A stretch of DNA of 64,000 bases from a virus (taxonomy: Duplodnaviria > Caudoviricetes), in the IMG/VR virus record IMGVR_UViG_2816332268_000002, positions 1 to 64,000 of that record; one strand, 5' to 3'. Shown here in pieces: positions 9,147 through 18,115 of the stretch. Positions within the stretch are counted from its first letter, which is position 1. The number at the start of each line of letters is the position of its first letter. The position numbers and the translations under genes were made by a program. Below the pieces are notes generated by a model. It did no database searches. It was not told the DNA's origin and saw nothing but the letters and a program-made list of their open reading frames with translations.

Positions 9147-10456
9147 AGCAGGTAGATCTTGAAGGCTTCTTCGATCGTTTTGGCTCGAACATCAGAGCCG
9201 ACAAAGCTAAAGTCAAATGCCCAGCCATCTTCTTTATTCCCGGAAAGTTTTGTGCCTAACTTTAGCGAATGCATGAGGTCAAGGGTGTTGAAGTAGTCGC
9301 TAGCGCGTCTGACAAGGTCATTACTATTCTGGGCAAATCTGGTCTGGTTGAGCCACTCCTGTGCCTCTTTGAATGCCGTGTGGCTATTTGCAAGCATGCC
9401 GGCAAAGAGATCTGGGCGCTTCAGTTTTAGGGTAATGAAGTAGGCAAGAAGACCTTCAGCCTCCCGATATCGAGCGTAGGAGAATAGCGCACACCCGCGC
9501 TCGATATCTCGCATTGTCAGTCCCGCGGCCGCCTGCCACAGTGTGAACGCCTGAGCGAATCTCGAGGCAACCGAGTCACGGCCATCGAAGCCCAAACGAT
9601 CCAAAACAGAGGGAATGTAGTAGCGGGTGCTTACACTTGGCAATGTGAAGAAAAAATGGACAAACTTGGAAAGATACGCTGCGCCGTCGGTAGTCGGTCC
9701 ATAGACTCCCGCGATTGCTCGATTCAACTGCTCGCGGTGGATCAGCAACACAAAGATGACGTTTGGCGTCTCGAAGAAGTGCTTGATCCGTTCGATGAGG
9801 CGGACGGCGAAGTCGGGGCGGCACCGATCGAGCTCGTCGACGAATACGATCACGGGCTTCGACTCCTTGGTTGCCATGTCCGAGAGCGCTTTCCGGAATC
9901 CCTTCAACGATTCCTGTTCCTTCTTGTGATTCTCTAGTTTGCGCTCTACCCACCGTTTGACGAATTCCTCAGATTTCTCTTCAGCCTTCTTCACCGCCGC
10001 TTCGTATTCGTCGGCGAGATCGACCTCCCCAAGTGCCCACTTGGACAGCGCACTTGTTGCCACCTTGGCGGCCACTGGCAAACACGCGCTGGCGACCTCG
10101 GCGGCTTTCTTCAGCAAAGCTTTCTTGGAGTCACCATCGAGCAGCGCAGTAAGCTCGGCTGCTATAGGGAGAAAGGGATCCTCCGTGTAGTCCTGCTCGA
10201 AGGCATTAATGAACGCAACTTTGTGTCCACTGGCGCGCAGACTCTTGCCCCAATTCATTCCGAACCAGGTCTTGCCGCCGCCCCATTGAGAGTCGACTGC
10301 AACAACCGCGCCGTTACGAAGCCTTGGTAGTAGCCGCTCGATCTTATCTGCCAATTCGTTACGTCGAAGGAGATCGCCGTCGAAAGCGGACACGTCATCC
10401 GCGAACGATTGCGGAGGCAGCGTGAGAGGTGGAAGAGAAGAACTTGTGTTGGTCAT
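9122..10456 (-). CDS. KAP-family P-loop NTPase
   Basis: DLLRRNELA, WGGGKT Walker A, VFVDELDRCRP Walker B, ERIKHFF, YLSKFV. Confidence 0.9.
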   Translation of the reverse strand: MTNTSSSLPPLTLPPQSFADDVSAFDGDLLRRNELADKIERLLPRLRNGAVVAVDSQWGGGKTWFGMNWGKSLRASGHKVAFINAFEQDYTEDPFLPIAAELTALLDGDSKKALLKKAAEVASACLPVAAKVATSALSKWALGEVDLADEYEAAVKKAEEKSEEFVKRWVERKLENHKKEQESLKGFRKALSDMATKESKPVIVFVDELDRCRPDFAVRLIERIKHFFETPNVIFVLLIHREQLNRAIAGVYGPTTDGAAYLSKFVHFFFTLPSVSTRYYIPSVLDRLGFDGRDSVASRFAQAFTLWQAAAGLTMRDIERGCALFSYARYREAEGLLAYFITLKLKRPDLFAGMLANSHTAFKEAQEWLNQTRFAQNSNDLVRRASDYFNTLDLMHSLKLGTKLSGNKEDGWAFDFSFVGSDVRAKTIEEAFKIYLLQIDLPID

Positions 10457-10594
10457 ATGATCCCCGGTCGGCGGCGCGTAGCGGTCTTGGTCTAGGCGTT
10501 TGTATTGCGTAATTCTAGCGAGTTGTATCGCATTTCCGACGTGAAAAGCGTAGCTCAATTTCACACTCGGAGCAGCCGCCTAGCAGTGTCGATG

Positions 10595-10607
10595 CAAGCC
10601 ATTGATT
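10595..10607 (-). promoter_or_regulatory. IHF consensus site
   Basis: Reverse complement AATCAATGGCTTG matches WATCAANNNNTTR. Confidence 0.45.
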
Positions 10608-10965
10608 TGTAATGGAAACGAGCTGTTCTCAAGGGCGCCTCATTTCAGGGAGACTTCGGCAAGACTTCATGGCGTCAGAGAATCGATTCAGCCAGCTCGG
10701 CAGCCCGTCCGAGACAGCAGGGCAGACCGAGACATCACTCAGCGCACAGCAACCGAATGCCGAGCGATCTGACGAACCAGCACCAAGAAGTCCAACCGCC
10801 CGAAACGGTAGAGAGAAAGGGATGAACGATCATTTGGCTCGAGCGACGTGGAGGGCGCGGAAGAGAACAACACCGGTATGGGGAGAGCACACGTCACCTG
10901 CACGTCATCGACACATTCCCGTATGCACATCCATCCTCACATACACGCGCAGTATTGGTAACGTG

Positions 10966-11238
10966 CTCGCCGTATAAGAAACATAGGCGGGTGGGCCGCA
11001 TCGTCATGTTAAAAACGCGCTTCCTGGAAATTTTCTTATACCGCCCGGCACCCCGCCAAGGAACGCCAATTGCCCTGTCTGCCAAGCTGGACGCGGCTTC
11101 CGAGGAACTGACCATGCCGAAAATATCCAAGGCGGCTGTCGGTATGGAGCGCCTTGGACAGCCTCGGCCCTATAAGAGTCACGTATAAGGTTGGCCCGTC
11201 TCCCTATAAGAGTCCGCGGCTCGCCGTATAAGGTTGGC
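10966..11238 (+). repeat. Cluster of TATAAG-core direct repeats in non-coding DNA
   Basis: CTCGCCGTATAAG at 10966 and 11220; CCCTATAAGAGTC at 11168 and 11202; CGTATAAGGTTGGC at 11182 and 11225; inverted CTTATA at 11035. Confidence 0.85.
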
Positions 11239-11604
11239 TTACTCAAGCGGCGTCCCTATCTTGGCGCACGAGATATTCATTGCAGCCACAACAAGGGAGC
11301 TCATGGCGTATCCCCACTGTTCAGGGTTCGCTTGCATGTAATTCTGGACGATCACGCGAAGCTGGCCTGGTGTGACTTGCATCTTGGTGGTGCACTTTGC
11401 CAATGCGGCTCGAGCGGGAGAGTCTTTGTCGTTATACAGGGCTGGCGAGGCAATCAAGCCATCAAGGACGCCAGCCAAATACATCAGCTGTTCTAACTCC
11501 GGTGCTGATCTGTATTTGACGCCGTTGAAAAACGTAGTTCCCGACACAGCGCTGGCGTTCACGGTCGCAGCTGTTAGCACTGCGCCGATGATCATCTTCT
11601 TCAT
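11239..11604 (-). CDS. Secreted Rap1a/Tai-like immunity protein
   Basis: Signal peptide; YLAGVLDG...C...VTPGQLRVIVQNYMQANPE...LV.AAM...C. Confidence 0.6.
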   Translation of the reverse strand: MKKMIIGAVLTAATVNASAVSGTTFFNGVKYRSAPELEQLMYLAGVLDGLIASPALYNDKDSPARAALAKCTTKMQVTPGQLRVIVQNYMQANPEQWGYAMSSLVVAAMNISCAKIGTPLE

Positions 11605-11711
11605 GGATTTTCCCCGATTCGGACTTATTCTGCGTCGATTGTAGCGTCGGTTCGGGCGCCAGTCCTGCGTCGTCAGAATGAAGTTTCACCAACGCAACTG
11701 ACGAGCAAACA

Positions 11712-11981
11712 ATGATCGTTCTGACCAAGCCCGAAATGCCCTCGCGTCGCTCCGTGTTCATCCCCGAAGTCAGCGAGGCACGTAAAGCCGAACTGACCGC
11801 GAAGGGCTACTACATCGAGGACATGGAAAAGGTCTGGGGTCCGGGTTGGTGGTCCGGGCAACATCGGTGGATGAAGAAGGACGGCAGCGACTTCCAAGAC
11901 GGCGATACGAGCGACACGGCGGAAGACGCGTGGCTGAGCGCCGATCGCTACGATCGCGAGATCACGGAGTTCCGCGAGTAG
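11712..11981 (+). CDS. Hypothetical protein
   Basis: 89-aa ORF with biased codons, followed by a hairpin. Confidence 0.6.
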   Translation: MIVLTKPEMPSRRSVFIPEVSEARKAELTAKGYYIEDMEKVWGPGWWSGQHRWMKKDGSDFQDGDTSDTAEDAWLSADRYDREITEFRE

Positions 11982-11984
11982 CAG

Positions 11985-12010
11985 GTTTGATGGGCCGAAG
12001 CCCATCAAAC
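11985..12010. terminator. Stem-loop GTTTGATGGGC-CGAA-GCCCATCAAAC
   Basis: Perfect 11-bp stem between convergent ORFs; C(UUCG)G loop on the minus strand. Confidence 0.55.
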
Positions 12011-12544
12011 ACTAGTGTTCCGCGGCTGAGCGCTATTTCTTGCCGGTGGGCGAAGGTGAGGGCGTCGGCGGAGGGTGGAATTCTTTCTCCGCATCATTCA
12101 AAATTTTGTTCGCCTTTGCGCCTCCTTCGTGCTTCTCATTGAGGTCGCCCGTTCCCAGAGATTTGGCACCTGCTGCTGTATCTCCGACGAACGTCTCCTT
12201 TTCGGATTTGTCTGGCTTATCGCCAGGATCGCTTCCTTCTCCGCCCATGATTGCCTCCGAGTTGTGAGCGCCATAACGGCGATTCGAGTGTAGGAGTTGG
12301 GCATGTGCGCATCAAGCGTCCTGCAGTGCTCCACAGCCCGATCCCGAGAATGAAAGCTCACCAACACAACCGGGCTTTCACCATGCAACACCACCTCTGC
12401 CTTCCTGTTCTCGCACGCCGCTTTGGTTTTCTCTACAAGGTGTATGACGGCCAGCCTGGTCTGTTCACGACCGACGATCAGGGCAATCTGGTCAAGGTGG
12501 ATCCGTTCCGCGTCACGCCGTCGCTCGCATAAGGGGAAGGCGAC

Positions 12545-12724
12545 ATGCTCGAACAGTTCGAATGGTTCTGTGCCGTCTTGCTGGTCATCGGTGCCGCGGT
12601 GCTCATCGGTGCGGTCTGCTGGTGGGTGATCGATCTCCTCACGGGCGGTCCGATTCACGCGGCCCGTGAGCGACGCTGCGCGATGCCGAAGCGTATCAAG
12701 TCGGTCAATGGAGGTGCGCGATGA
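12545..12724 (+). CDS. Small single-pass membrane protein
   Basis: MLEQFEWFCAVLLVIGAAVLIGAVCWW; GGGGAAGG RBS; below the ORF-track cutoff. Confidence 0.45.
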   Translation: MLEQFEWFCAVLLVIGAAVLIGAVCWWVIDLLTGGPIHAARERRCAMPKRIKSVNGGAR

Positions 12725-12985
12725 GTGTGACGACGCATGAGGCAGCGAATCGTCTGCGGACGTTCATCGAACGAAATGTCTACCTCGGCGCCCGGTCTGC
12801 CGGCGCATGCCCTCGCAAGGCATATCTGATTGCGCGGCAGACACAGCGGGCGGAAGAGCGTCGCTTCGCGTCGGCACCCTGTCATAGCTGGTATTGAGCA
12901 TCGGACGGCCCGTCAGCGGCCGTCGTCACTTTTAGAAACAATTCCTTGGATAATTGTTGTCTACGGAATAATTCGTTGCAGAGAA

Positions 12986-13003
12986 TAAATTTCTTGTGAC
13001 TTA
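12986..13003. promoter_or_regulatory. Phage operator palindrome (degenerate)
   Basis: TAAATTT-CTTG-TGACTTA in an AT-rich promoter. Confidence 0.55.
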
Positions 13004-13070
13004 TTGTTATAAGCTGTTACGTGTTGTAACATCGCGTCCTTTGAGAATAGGGGCACTGCCGGGGGATGCT

Positions 13071-13448
13071 ATGAAAATCGTGAAATTTGACTGCCTTGAT
13101 GCAAATCAAAACTTTCATGTGGTGAGGTTGGAGACGCCTTTCCCGCGTGATGAGGTCAAGCAGAAGCGATGGTTCGAGCAGGTCCGAGCGGCGTATCAAG
13201 AAGCCGGTATCGAGGTGCTGTCGTTCAGCCGTGTTGAAGAGATCACGATCGACATCGCACCGACTGAAGGCGTTGCCAAGCGCGCGCCGCGGCCAGCCAA
13301 GGCGAATGCGCTGCTGCACCGGCTGACGACGGTGTTCGGTGCAGCGACTGGCTTCGCGGCCCTTTGCATGTCCGTGATTGGCTTCGATGACGGCTTCTCG
13401 ATGGTGAACCTCGTCAGGCACCTGCATATGATTTCGCATCTGGGGTAA
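13071..13448 (+). CDS. Hypothetical protein with C-terminal hydrophobic segment
   Basis: GGGGGA RBS, MKIVKF start. Confidence 0.6.
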   Translation: MKIVKFDCLDANQNFHVVRLETPFPRDEVKQKRWFEQVRAAYQEAGIEVLSFSRVEEITIDIAPTEGVAKRAPRPAKANALLHRLTTVFGAATGFAALCMSVIGFDDGFSMVNLVRHLHMISHLG

Positions 13449-14476
13449 GGGCGGATTCCCGGATTTTTCAGAATACGTTCGATTCCAAAATCCACCGAAT
13501 CCAGCCGTCTACCCGAGCGAAAAGACTCCTCGATCTGCTCGATACCATTTCGCATATAGCAACTGAGAGAGTGGAATTATGTTGAGAGTCGGAATGATTG
13601 CGGCGATCGTCGGCTGGATTTCAGCGATAGCGCTCGTCGCTTTGTCAGCAATTGCATTGAGCCGGGCGGCGGATTGGCTCAATGGCATTGCACCGCGTCG
13701 ATGGAAAGGGCGTCGATAAATTGGGGTGTGGGACGATAAGCTACTGCTTACATTGACCGCCTGGGCGCAGGAAAAGCGCCACCCCTCGATCCAACCGCGC
13801 GCCAAGCATAGATCTGCAGAATTCGTGTCATCGCAGCGATGACGCTGTAACGAAATCAAAGAGAGGTCACCTATGCTTGCACACCGCGTCTATGTCGAAT
13901 CCGCCCTCTGCCGTGACGATGAAGATCGCGGCATGACCGACATGGAGCGCATGCAAGAGCACGAGGAGCTGCGCGAACTGCGCACGCGCACTGAGCACCG
14001 CCAAATGCGTGCCGGGCGCTCCCAATCGATGACCTGGACGCACTGACCGCCCGACATCGGCACTGTTTTACCTGAGTGAGCCTATCCCCGTAGCGGTGAA
14101 GCTTTTTGGCCGAGTTTGAGCGCATCCGTGCTCGCTCGGCTGTTTTTTGTCGGCCCACCTGGCCCGCCGCGGAAGAGGGCATCCACATTCCAATCTTGCT
14201 CTACCGATTTCGGATCCAAAACGCGGCCCGGTATGGCGGTTCTTGGACGAAAACGGCGATATTGCATTGCCCGTCTACTTGGCTGCCCTGGGCTTGTCGC
14301 CTATCGGGCGCGCTCCATCGATCATCAGATCCACGAAGCATCGCGTTTCGTGCTCGCTGCGCCAGCAGGGCGCGCGCTAACGTCACCTATAGCAAGAGTG
14401 CGCGCACGCGCGATTACTACGGGTGTGCTGGCAGCTCAAATAGATTGCCTCTAACACTCCTGCGATCCTCGATTAA

Positions 14477-14494
14477 TAAGTCCTTAGTGACTTA
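14477..14494. promoter_or_regulatory. Phage operator palindrome
   Basis: TAAGTCC-TTAG-TGACTTA. Confidence 0.8.
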
Positions 14495-14584
14495 TATGTA
14501 TGGTTCAATTACTATACAAACACTGCGTTACACAAAGCGACGCAGCGAACAATAGATAAATTTCACTCTTAATAGGTAATCAAA

Positions 14585-15253
14585 ATGAACGCACAAGAAA
14601 ATGTCTTCACCCTCGAAAACGTCATGACCGCAATCAACCGCGCTAACGATCGTTGGTCCAAGAAAGAAGGGCGCGCGGGCGAGTGCGAAGACCTGAAAAC
14701 CGCGCGTAAGTATTGGGATGACAAGCTTTGCGTTTTCGCTGCGGGCATGCTCAAGCGCGCAAAGATCTCCGATATCGAATTCCTGTCGACCATCGCCGAC
14801 AATATGGGCGTGAAAGCGGTAAAGCGCGTTTCCGAGTTTCTCGCGTGCTTGCATGCGAAAGACTACACCATGCTTGATGGTGTTACCGCGCTGTCGCTCC
14901 TGAGCGCGATTCATGCGGGCGCGGTTTCCCGTAGCGCACTGGTCTATGCGACGACGGGCAAGGGTGACGATTCGACGTCTGACGTGGTGCGCGACGTGTC
15001 GCTGGTCAATAAGCTTCGTCGCGTCATTGGTGGGGTGGGCGTCACGACGGAGGGCACGCAGAATTCCCGCTCGTTTGGTTCGAACGGGTTCTGCAAGTAT
15101 CTGGGCATGGGCAAGATGGTTCGCGTAAAGGGCAAAGAAGCAACCTTGGAAGTGAACGAAAAATCCCCGTTCATCGCTGCAATCGCAAAGATGGTTGAGA
15201 CTGCAAGCGACGACACCCTTTCGCTCGTTAAAGGTGCAAAAAAGGATAAGTAA
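14585..15253 (+). CDS. Isolated early phage protein, probable paralog of 4436-5515
   Basis: TAGGT RBS; lower-GC codons; flanked by two operators and a hairpin. Confidence 0.8.
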   Translation: MNAQENVFTLENVMTAINRANDRWSKKEGRAGECEDLKTARKYWDDKLCVFAAGMLKRAKISDIEFLSTIADNMGVKAVKRVSEFLACLHAKDYTMLDGVTALSLLSAIHAGAVSRSALVYATTGKGDDSTSDVVRDVSLVNKLRRVIGGVGVTTEGTQNSRSFGSNGFCKYLGMGKMVRVKGKEATLEVNEKSPFIAAIAKMVETASDDTLSLVKGAKKDK

Positions 15254-15288
15254 ATTATGATTTAGTGGGCGCGGCATGCGCCCACTAA
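15247..15288. promoter_or_regulatory. Operator (15247-15264) overlapping hairpin (15262-15288)
   Basis: TAAGTAA-ATTA-TGATTTA, then TTAGTGGGCGC-ggcat-GCGCCCACTAA. Confidence 0.65.
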
Positions 15289-15516
15289 CCCCGCCCTAAG
15301 CTAACCCACATTGCACCATGACGACCGCACATAACGCCCCCTGCAAAGTCTCACGCGCCCGCGAACATGCCCGCGCTGATATGCTCGACACGATCGAACG
15401 CTCAGAGCTTGACCCGTGCGCGCACGACGCCCGGATGCTCGACCAATGGGACACTGACAACACGCGTTTCGATTGTCTTTCGTTTCGTGTTGACTGGACG
15501 TTCTGATGAGTGGAGC

Positions 15517-15550
15517 CCGGTAGTGCAGAGCAAGGAAGGTGCACTACCGG
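15517..15550. repeat. 11-bp inverted repeat around a 12-nt asymmetric spacer
   Basis: CCGGTAGTGCA-GAGCAAGGAAGG-TGCACTACCGG. Confidence 0.8.
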
Positions 15551-15784
15551 ACGCGGAAATTTGTAGTCGTCAAGCCCTTTCGGACAGACGTGGGTAGTCT
15601 TAGGCAGGCACGCACTTAGTGTGGGGCCTCGTCGGAAATTTTTTGGCGGAAGTGACCTGTCCTTATACAGCCAGGCGCCGGTCGGAGCGGCCCATCCTTA
15701 TACGGCCAAAGGCGGGACTTGGGGAAGCGGAATATGTGGGCGGATCGCGGCGCCGATCAGGGCGCCAGCGCCCTGATCGCGGCC

Positions 15785-16210
15785 TTAGTCGTCGAGAATG
15801 CTCGGTGGAACATTCGACGGATCAGGATCTTGTGCCTTCTCGTAGTAATACTCGGCGCTGGACACGAGGTCTTCCGCACCATTCAGAAGGCCGTCAACAG
15901 CTTGGAGCAACTGACCACGGCGCTCGGCCGCTGCAGCTGGAAGCTGTCCGAGCGTCAGACTGGCCGAGCCAAGTTGGCGGGCCGCAGACTTATAGTTTTC
16001 GATCGCAGTGTTTGCATCGCCGCGCGATTCGCCGAGTGATTCCTTCCAATCGTCGGCGAGTTCAGACTTTCCACCGATCATGCGAAGCGCTTCGGTGATT
16101 CGATGCAGTAAGTCAGGCAGCTCCTCTTGCATCGCATTTACGCGTGCCTGGAGATCGACGAGCCGCTCGCGGCAGTCTTTCTCGTCTGGGATGTCCGTGT
16201 CGTCCAGCAT
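15785..16210 (-). CDS. Coiled-coil hypothetical protein
   Basis: GGGGA RBS before MLDDTD. Confidence 0.6.
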   Translation of the reverse strand: MLDDTDIPDEKDCRERLVDLQARVNAMQEELPDLLHRITEALRMIGGKSELADDWKESLGESRGDANTAIENYKSAARQLGSASLTLGQLPAAAAERRGQLLQAVDGLLNGAEDLVSSAEYYYEKAQDPDPSNVPPSILDD

Positions 16211-16242
16211 TGCTTTCCCCGTAAATTGTTGGCTATGGGGCA

Positions 16243-16578
16243 CTATTCTACCGCGCCGTCGGCTTTCATCTGACGGAGGGCGCTATCGATGTGGTCCCAG
16301 CAGTAGGAGTAGGCGAACTTCCAGGCCGACTCCTCATCGTATGAGGCCGTGTTGCCGAAGATCTCGCTCTCGATCGTTTGGCGAATGGGCTCGGTGTATT
16401 TGCCCATGTGAACGGTCGGCGTTTTCCCCTGTTCTGCCATCCGATAGTAGAGCGCCCCGACGTTGCCGAACTTTTTACACGTCTCGACCTGATTGTTGAA
16501 TTCGACCATGTTCCCCGGCGGCAGCGCGAAGGCCGAGCTCGATGCAGCAAGCAAGGCGACGGCGATCATTTTTCTCAT
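16243..16578 (-). CDS. Secreted/periplasmic protein with a Cys pair
   Basis: MRKMIAVALLAASSSAFA signal peptide; GGAG RBS. Confidence 0.7.
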   Translation of the reverse strand: MRKMIAVALLAASSSAFALPPGNMVEFNNQVETCKKFGNVGALYYRMAEQGKTPTVHMGKYTEPIRQTIESEIFGNTASYDEESAWKFAYSYCWDHIDSALRQMKADGAVE

Positions 16579-16592
16579 AGCTTCTCCATCAA

Positions 16593-17072
16593 TTACCACG
16601 CAGACCATTCTGAATTCCCGAGCGCCGCGTCTGCGAGCAGTGCATCGGCCACCACTTCCACGTCATCTTGCTCCTCCGTGGACAGTTGCCCGCGAGCGGA
16701 GCGGAGCGAGTCGTCAGCCGACTGCGCGGCAGCGAACCGCTGGGACTCGGGCATGTTCGAGTCGCCATGCTTCGCGCGCCACTCCAACACCTGCTCGATG
16801 TCCTTGAGCGTGGGCTCCGTCAAATCGAGCGCGAACTTGCGATACACCCGAATCCGCTGATCGGGCTTCATCGCCAGCAGGCTACGTTCGCTCAGTCTAT
16901 CGAGCCACACTTGGCGCGACTCGGGCAATACGTGGCTGTGAGGCCGGTAGTTTACCCGTGACAGCAAAGTTGCGAGCGCAACTACGCCATCGTGGCCGAT
17001 GTCGAGGTCAGCAGTGATTTCTGGCAGCAGCGCCTTCGCACGCTGCATGAGGGTGACGATCGGGCGTGGCAT
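16593..17072 (-). CDS. Hypothetical protein
   Basis: GGAG RBS; upstream UUCG hairpin (17087-17110) and operator half-site with TATACT -10 (17130-17150). Confidence 0.65.
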   Translation of the reverse strand: MPRPIVTLMQRAKALLPEITADLDIGHDGVVALATLLSRVNYRPHSHVLPESRQVWLDRLSERSLLAMKPDQRIRVYRKFALDLTEPTLKDIEQVLEWRAKHGDSNMPESQRFAAAQSADDSLRSARGQLSTEEQDDVEVVADALLADAALGNSEWSAW

Positions 17073-17211
17073 GACTCTCCAAATGACAAAGGGCTCCGAA
17101 GAGCCCTTGGATTGTTATCTATACGGGTGAGTATAGTCAGCAGAATTCAATTTTCGCGGAATCTTGCTCTGGAGACGGTGCGGTCCTCATTTGGGCGGAC
17201 CTGTGACGTGG

Positions 17212-17481
17212 TCACTTATCGTCGTAGTGCCCCTTGCAGCGCATTACCAGGATGTCGGATGCGGTAACTCCATAGACCAACCGGTGTTTCTCGGTAATGC
17301 GTCGTGACCACAGCCCACGCTGGTCATGTTTCAGGGCTTCGGGTTTGCCGATTCCCTTGAAGGGTTCACGTCTGCATTCGTTGATCAGGCTCGCGATCCT
17401 CCCGAACGTATCCGGGTCCTCGGCCCACGCAAGAAAATCATCCCACGCGTTGGGTGCAAATCTCACGCCGCGCGCCATCAA
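17212..17481 (-). CDS. yoeB: Txe/YoeB-family mRNase toxin
   Basis: PFKGIGKPEALKHD..GLWSRRITEKHRLVY...CKGHY. Confidence 0.92.
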   Translation of the reverse strand: MMARGVRFAPNAWDDFLAWAEDPDTFGRIASLINECRREPFKGIGKPEALKHDQRGLWSRRITEKHRLVYGVTASDILVMRCKGHYDDK

Positions 17482-18047
17482 CCCTCCGAGCGAGATTTAC
17501 GGCGCGGGTTCTTTTGGGTGTGAGCGCGCAGCCCACCTGCAGTGCTCGCCGGATTTTTCGGTATCGGCGGGTTTCCGGCTTTGTGGCCGAGAATCGTAAT
17601 TTTTGTAGCCGACAGCTTTTTCGCGACTTCGGCCGCTTCCTCTTTTGTTGGGAACTTCCCCCTTAAGTTGCACTTAAGAATGGTGAAATAGTCGACGCCA
17701 CCGGCAGCAGCGAGCGTCGACGCATAGGGAATCAGAAGGTCGCGATAAGGGCGGCCGGGTTTTAGTATGCGACGTTTGCCAAACACCTGCGTGTCTCGTT
17801 GCTCGGCTTGTTGTGCCTCGTCGGGTTCGGGCGATTGCAACTCATCCATCAAGCCCTGAGCCTGGAACCAGTCGATGGACTGCTGAAGCTTGACTTCATC
17901 GAGCTCACGCTGAAGTTTGGCGAGGGCATCATGCGGCAGCACAACGAGCTTCTCCGGCCCGCCAATGTCGAGCTGCTCATACTCGCCGATCTGCCCTTTT
18001 TGCGCGGCCTCGCGCCACGCACGAAGGACCTCATCTTGAACCGACAT
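17478..18047 (-). CDS. Putative atypical antitoxin (YefM-like core plus long basic C-terminal extension)
   Basis: Directly upstream of and overlapping yoeB; KLVVLPHDALAKLQRELD resembles the Phd/YefM strand-helix; GGAG RBS. Confidence 0.55.
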   Translation of the reverse strand: MSVQDEVLRAWREAAQKGQIGEYEQLDIGGPEKLVVLPHDALAKLQRELDEVKLQQSIDWFQAQGLMDELQSPEPDEAQQAEQRDTQVFGKRRILKPGRPYRDLLIPYASTLAAAGGVDYFTILKCNLRGKFPTKEEAAEVAKKLSATKITILGHKAGNPPIPKNPASTAGGLRAHTQKNPRRKSRSEG

Positions 18048-18115
18048 GGATATTCTCCAAGCGCCGCTTACGCAAGCGGCTGTTTTCAAAGGAAAATATA
18101 CCACGTCGGCCAGAA

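Noticed and set aside
13450-14460. ORFs in 13.5-14.4 kb (and 10.6-11.2 kb)
   Set aside because: Overlapping short ORFs without RBS, codon bias or motifs; treated as non-coding or uncertain
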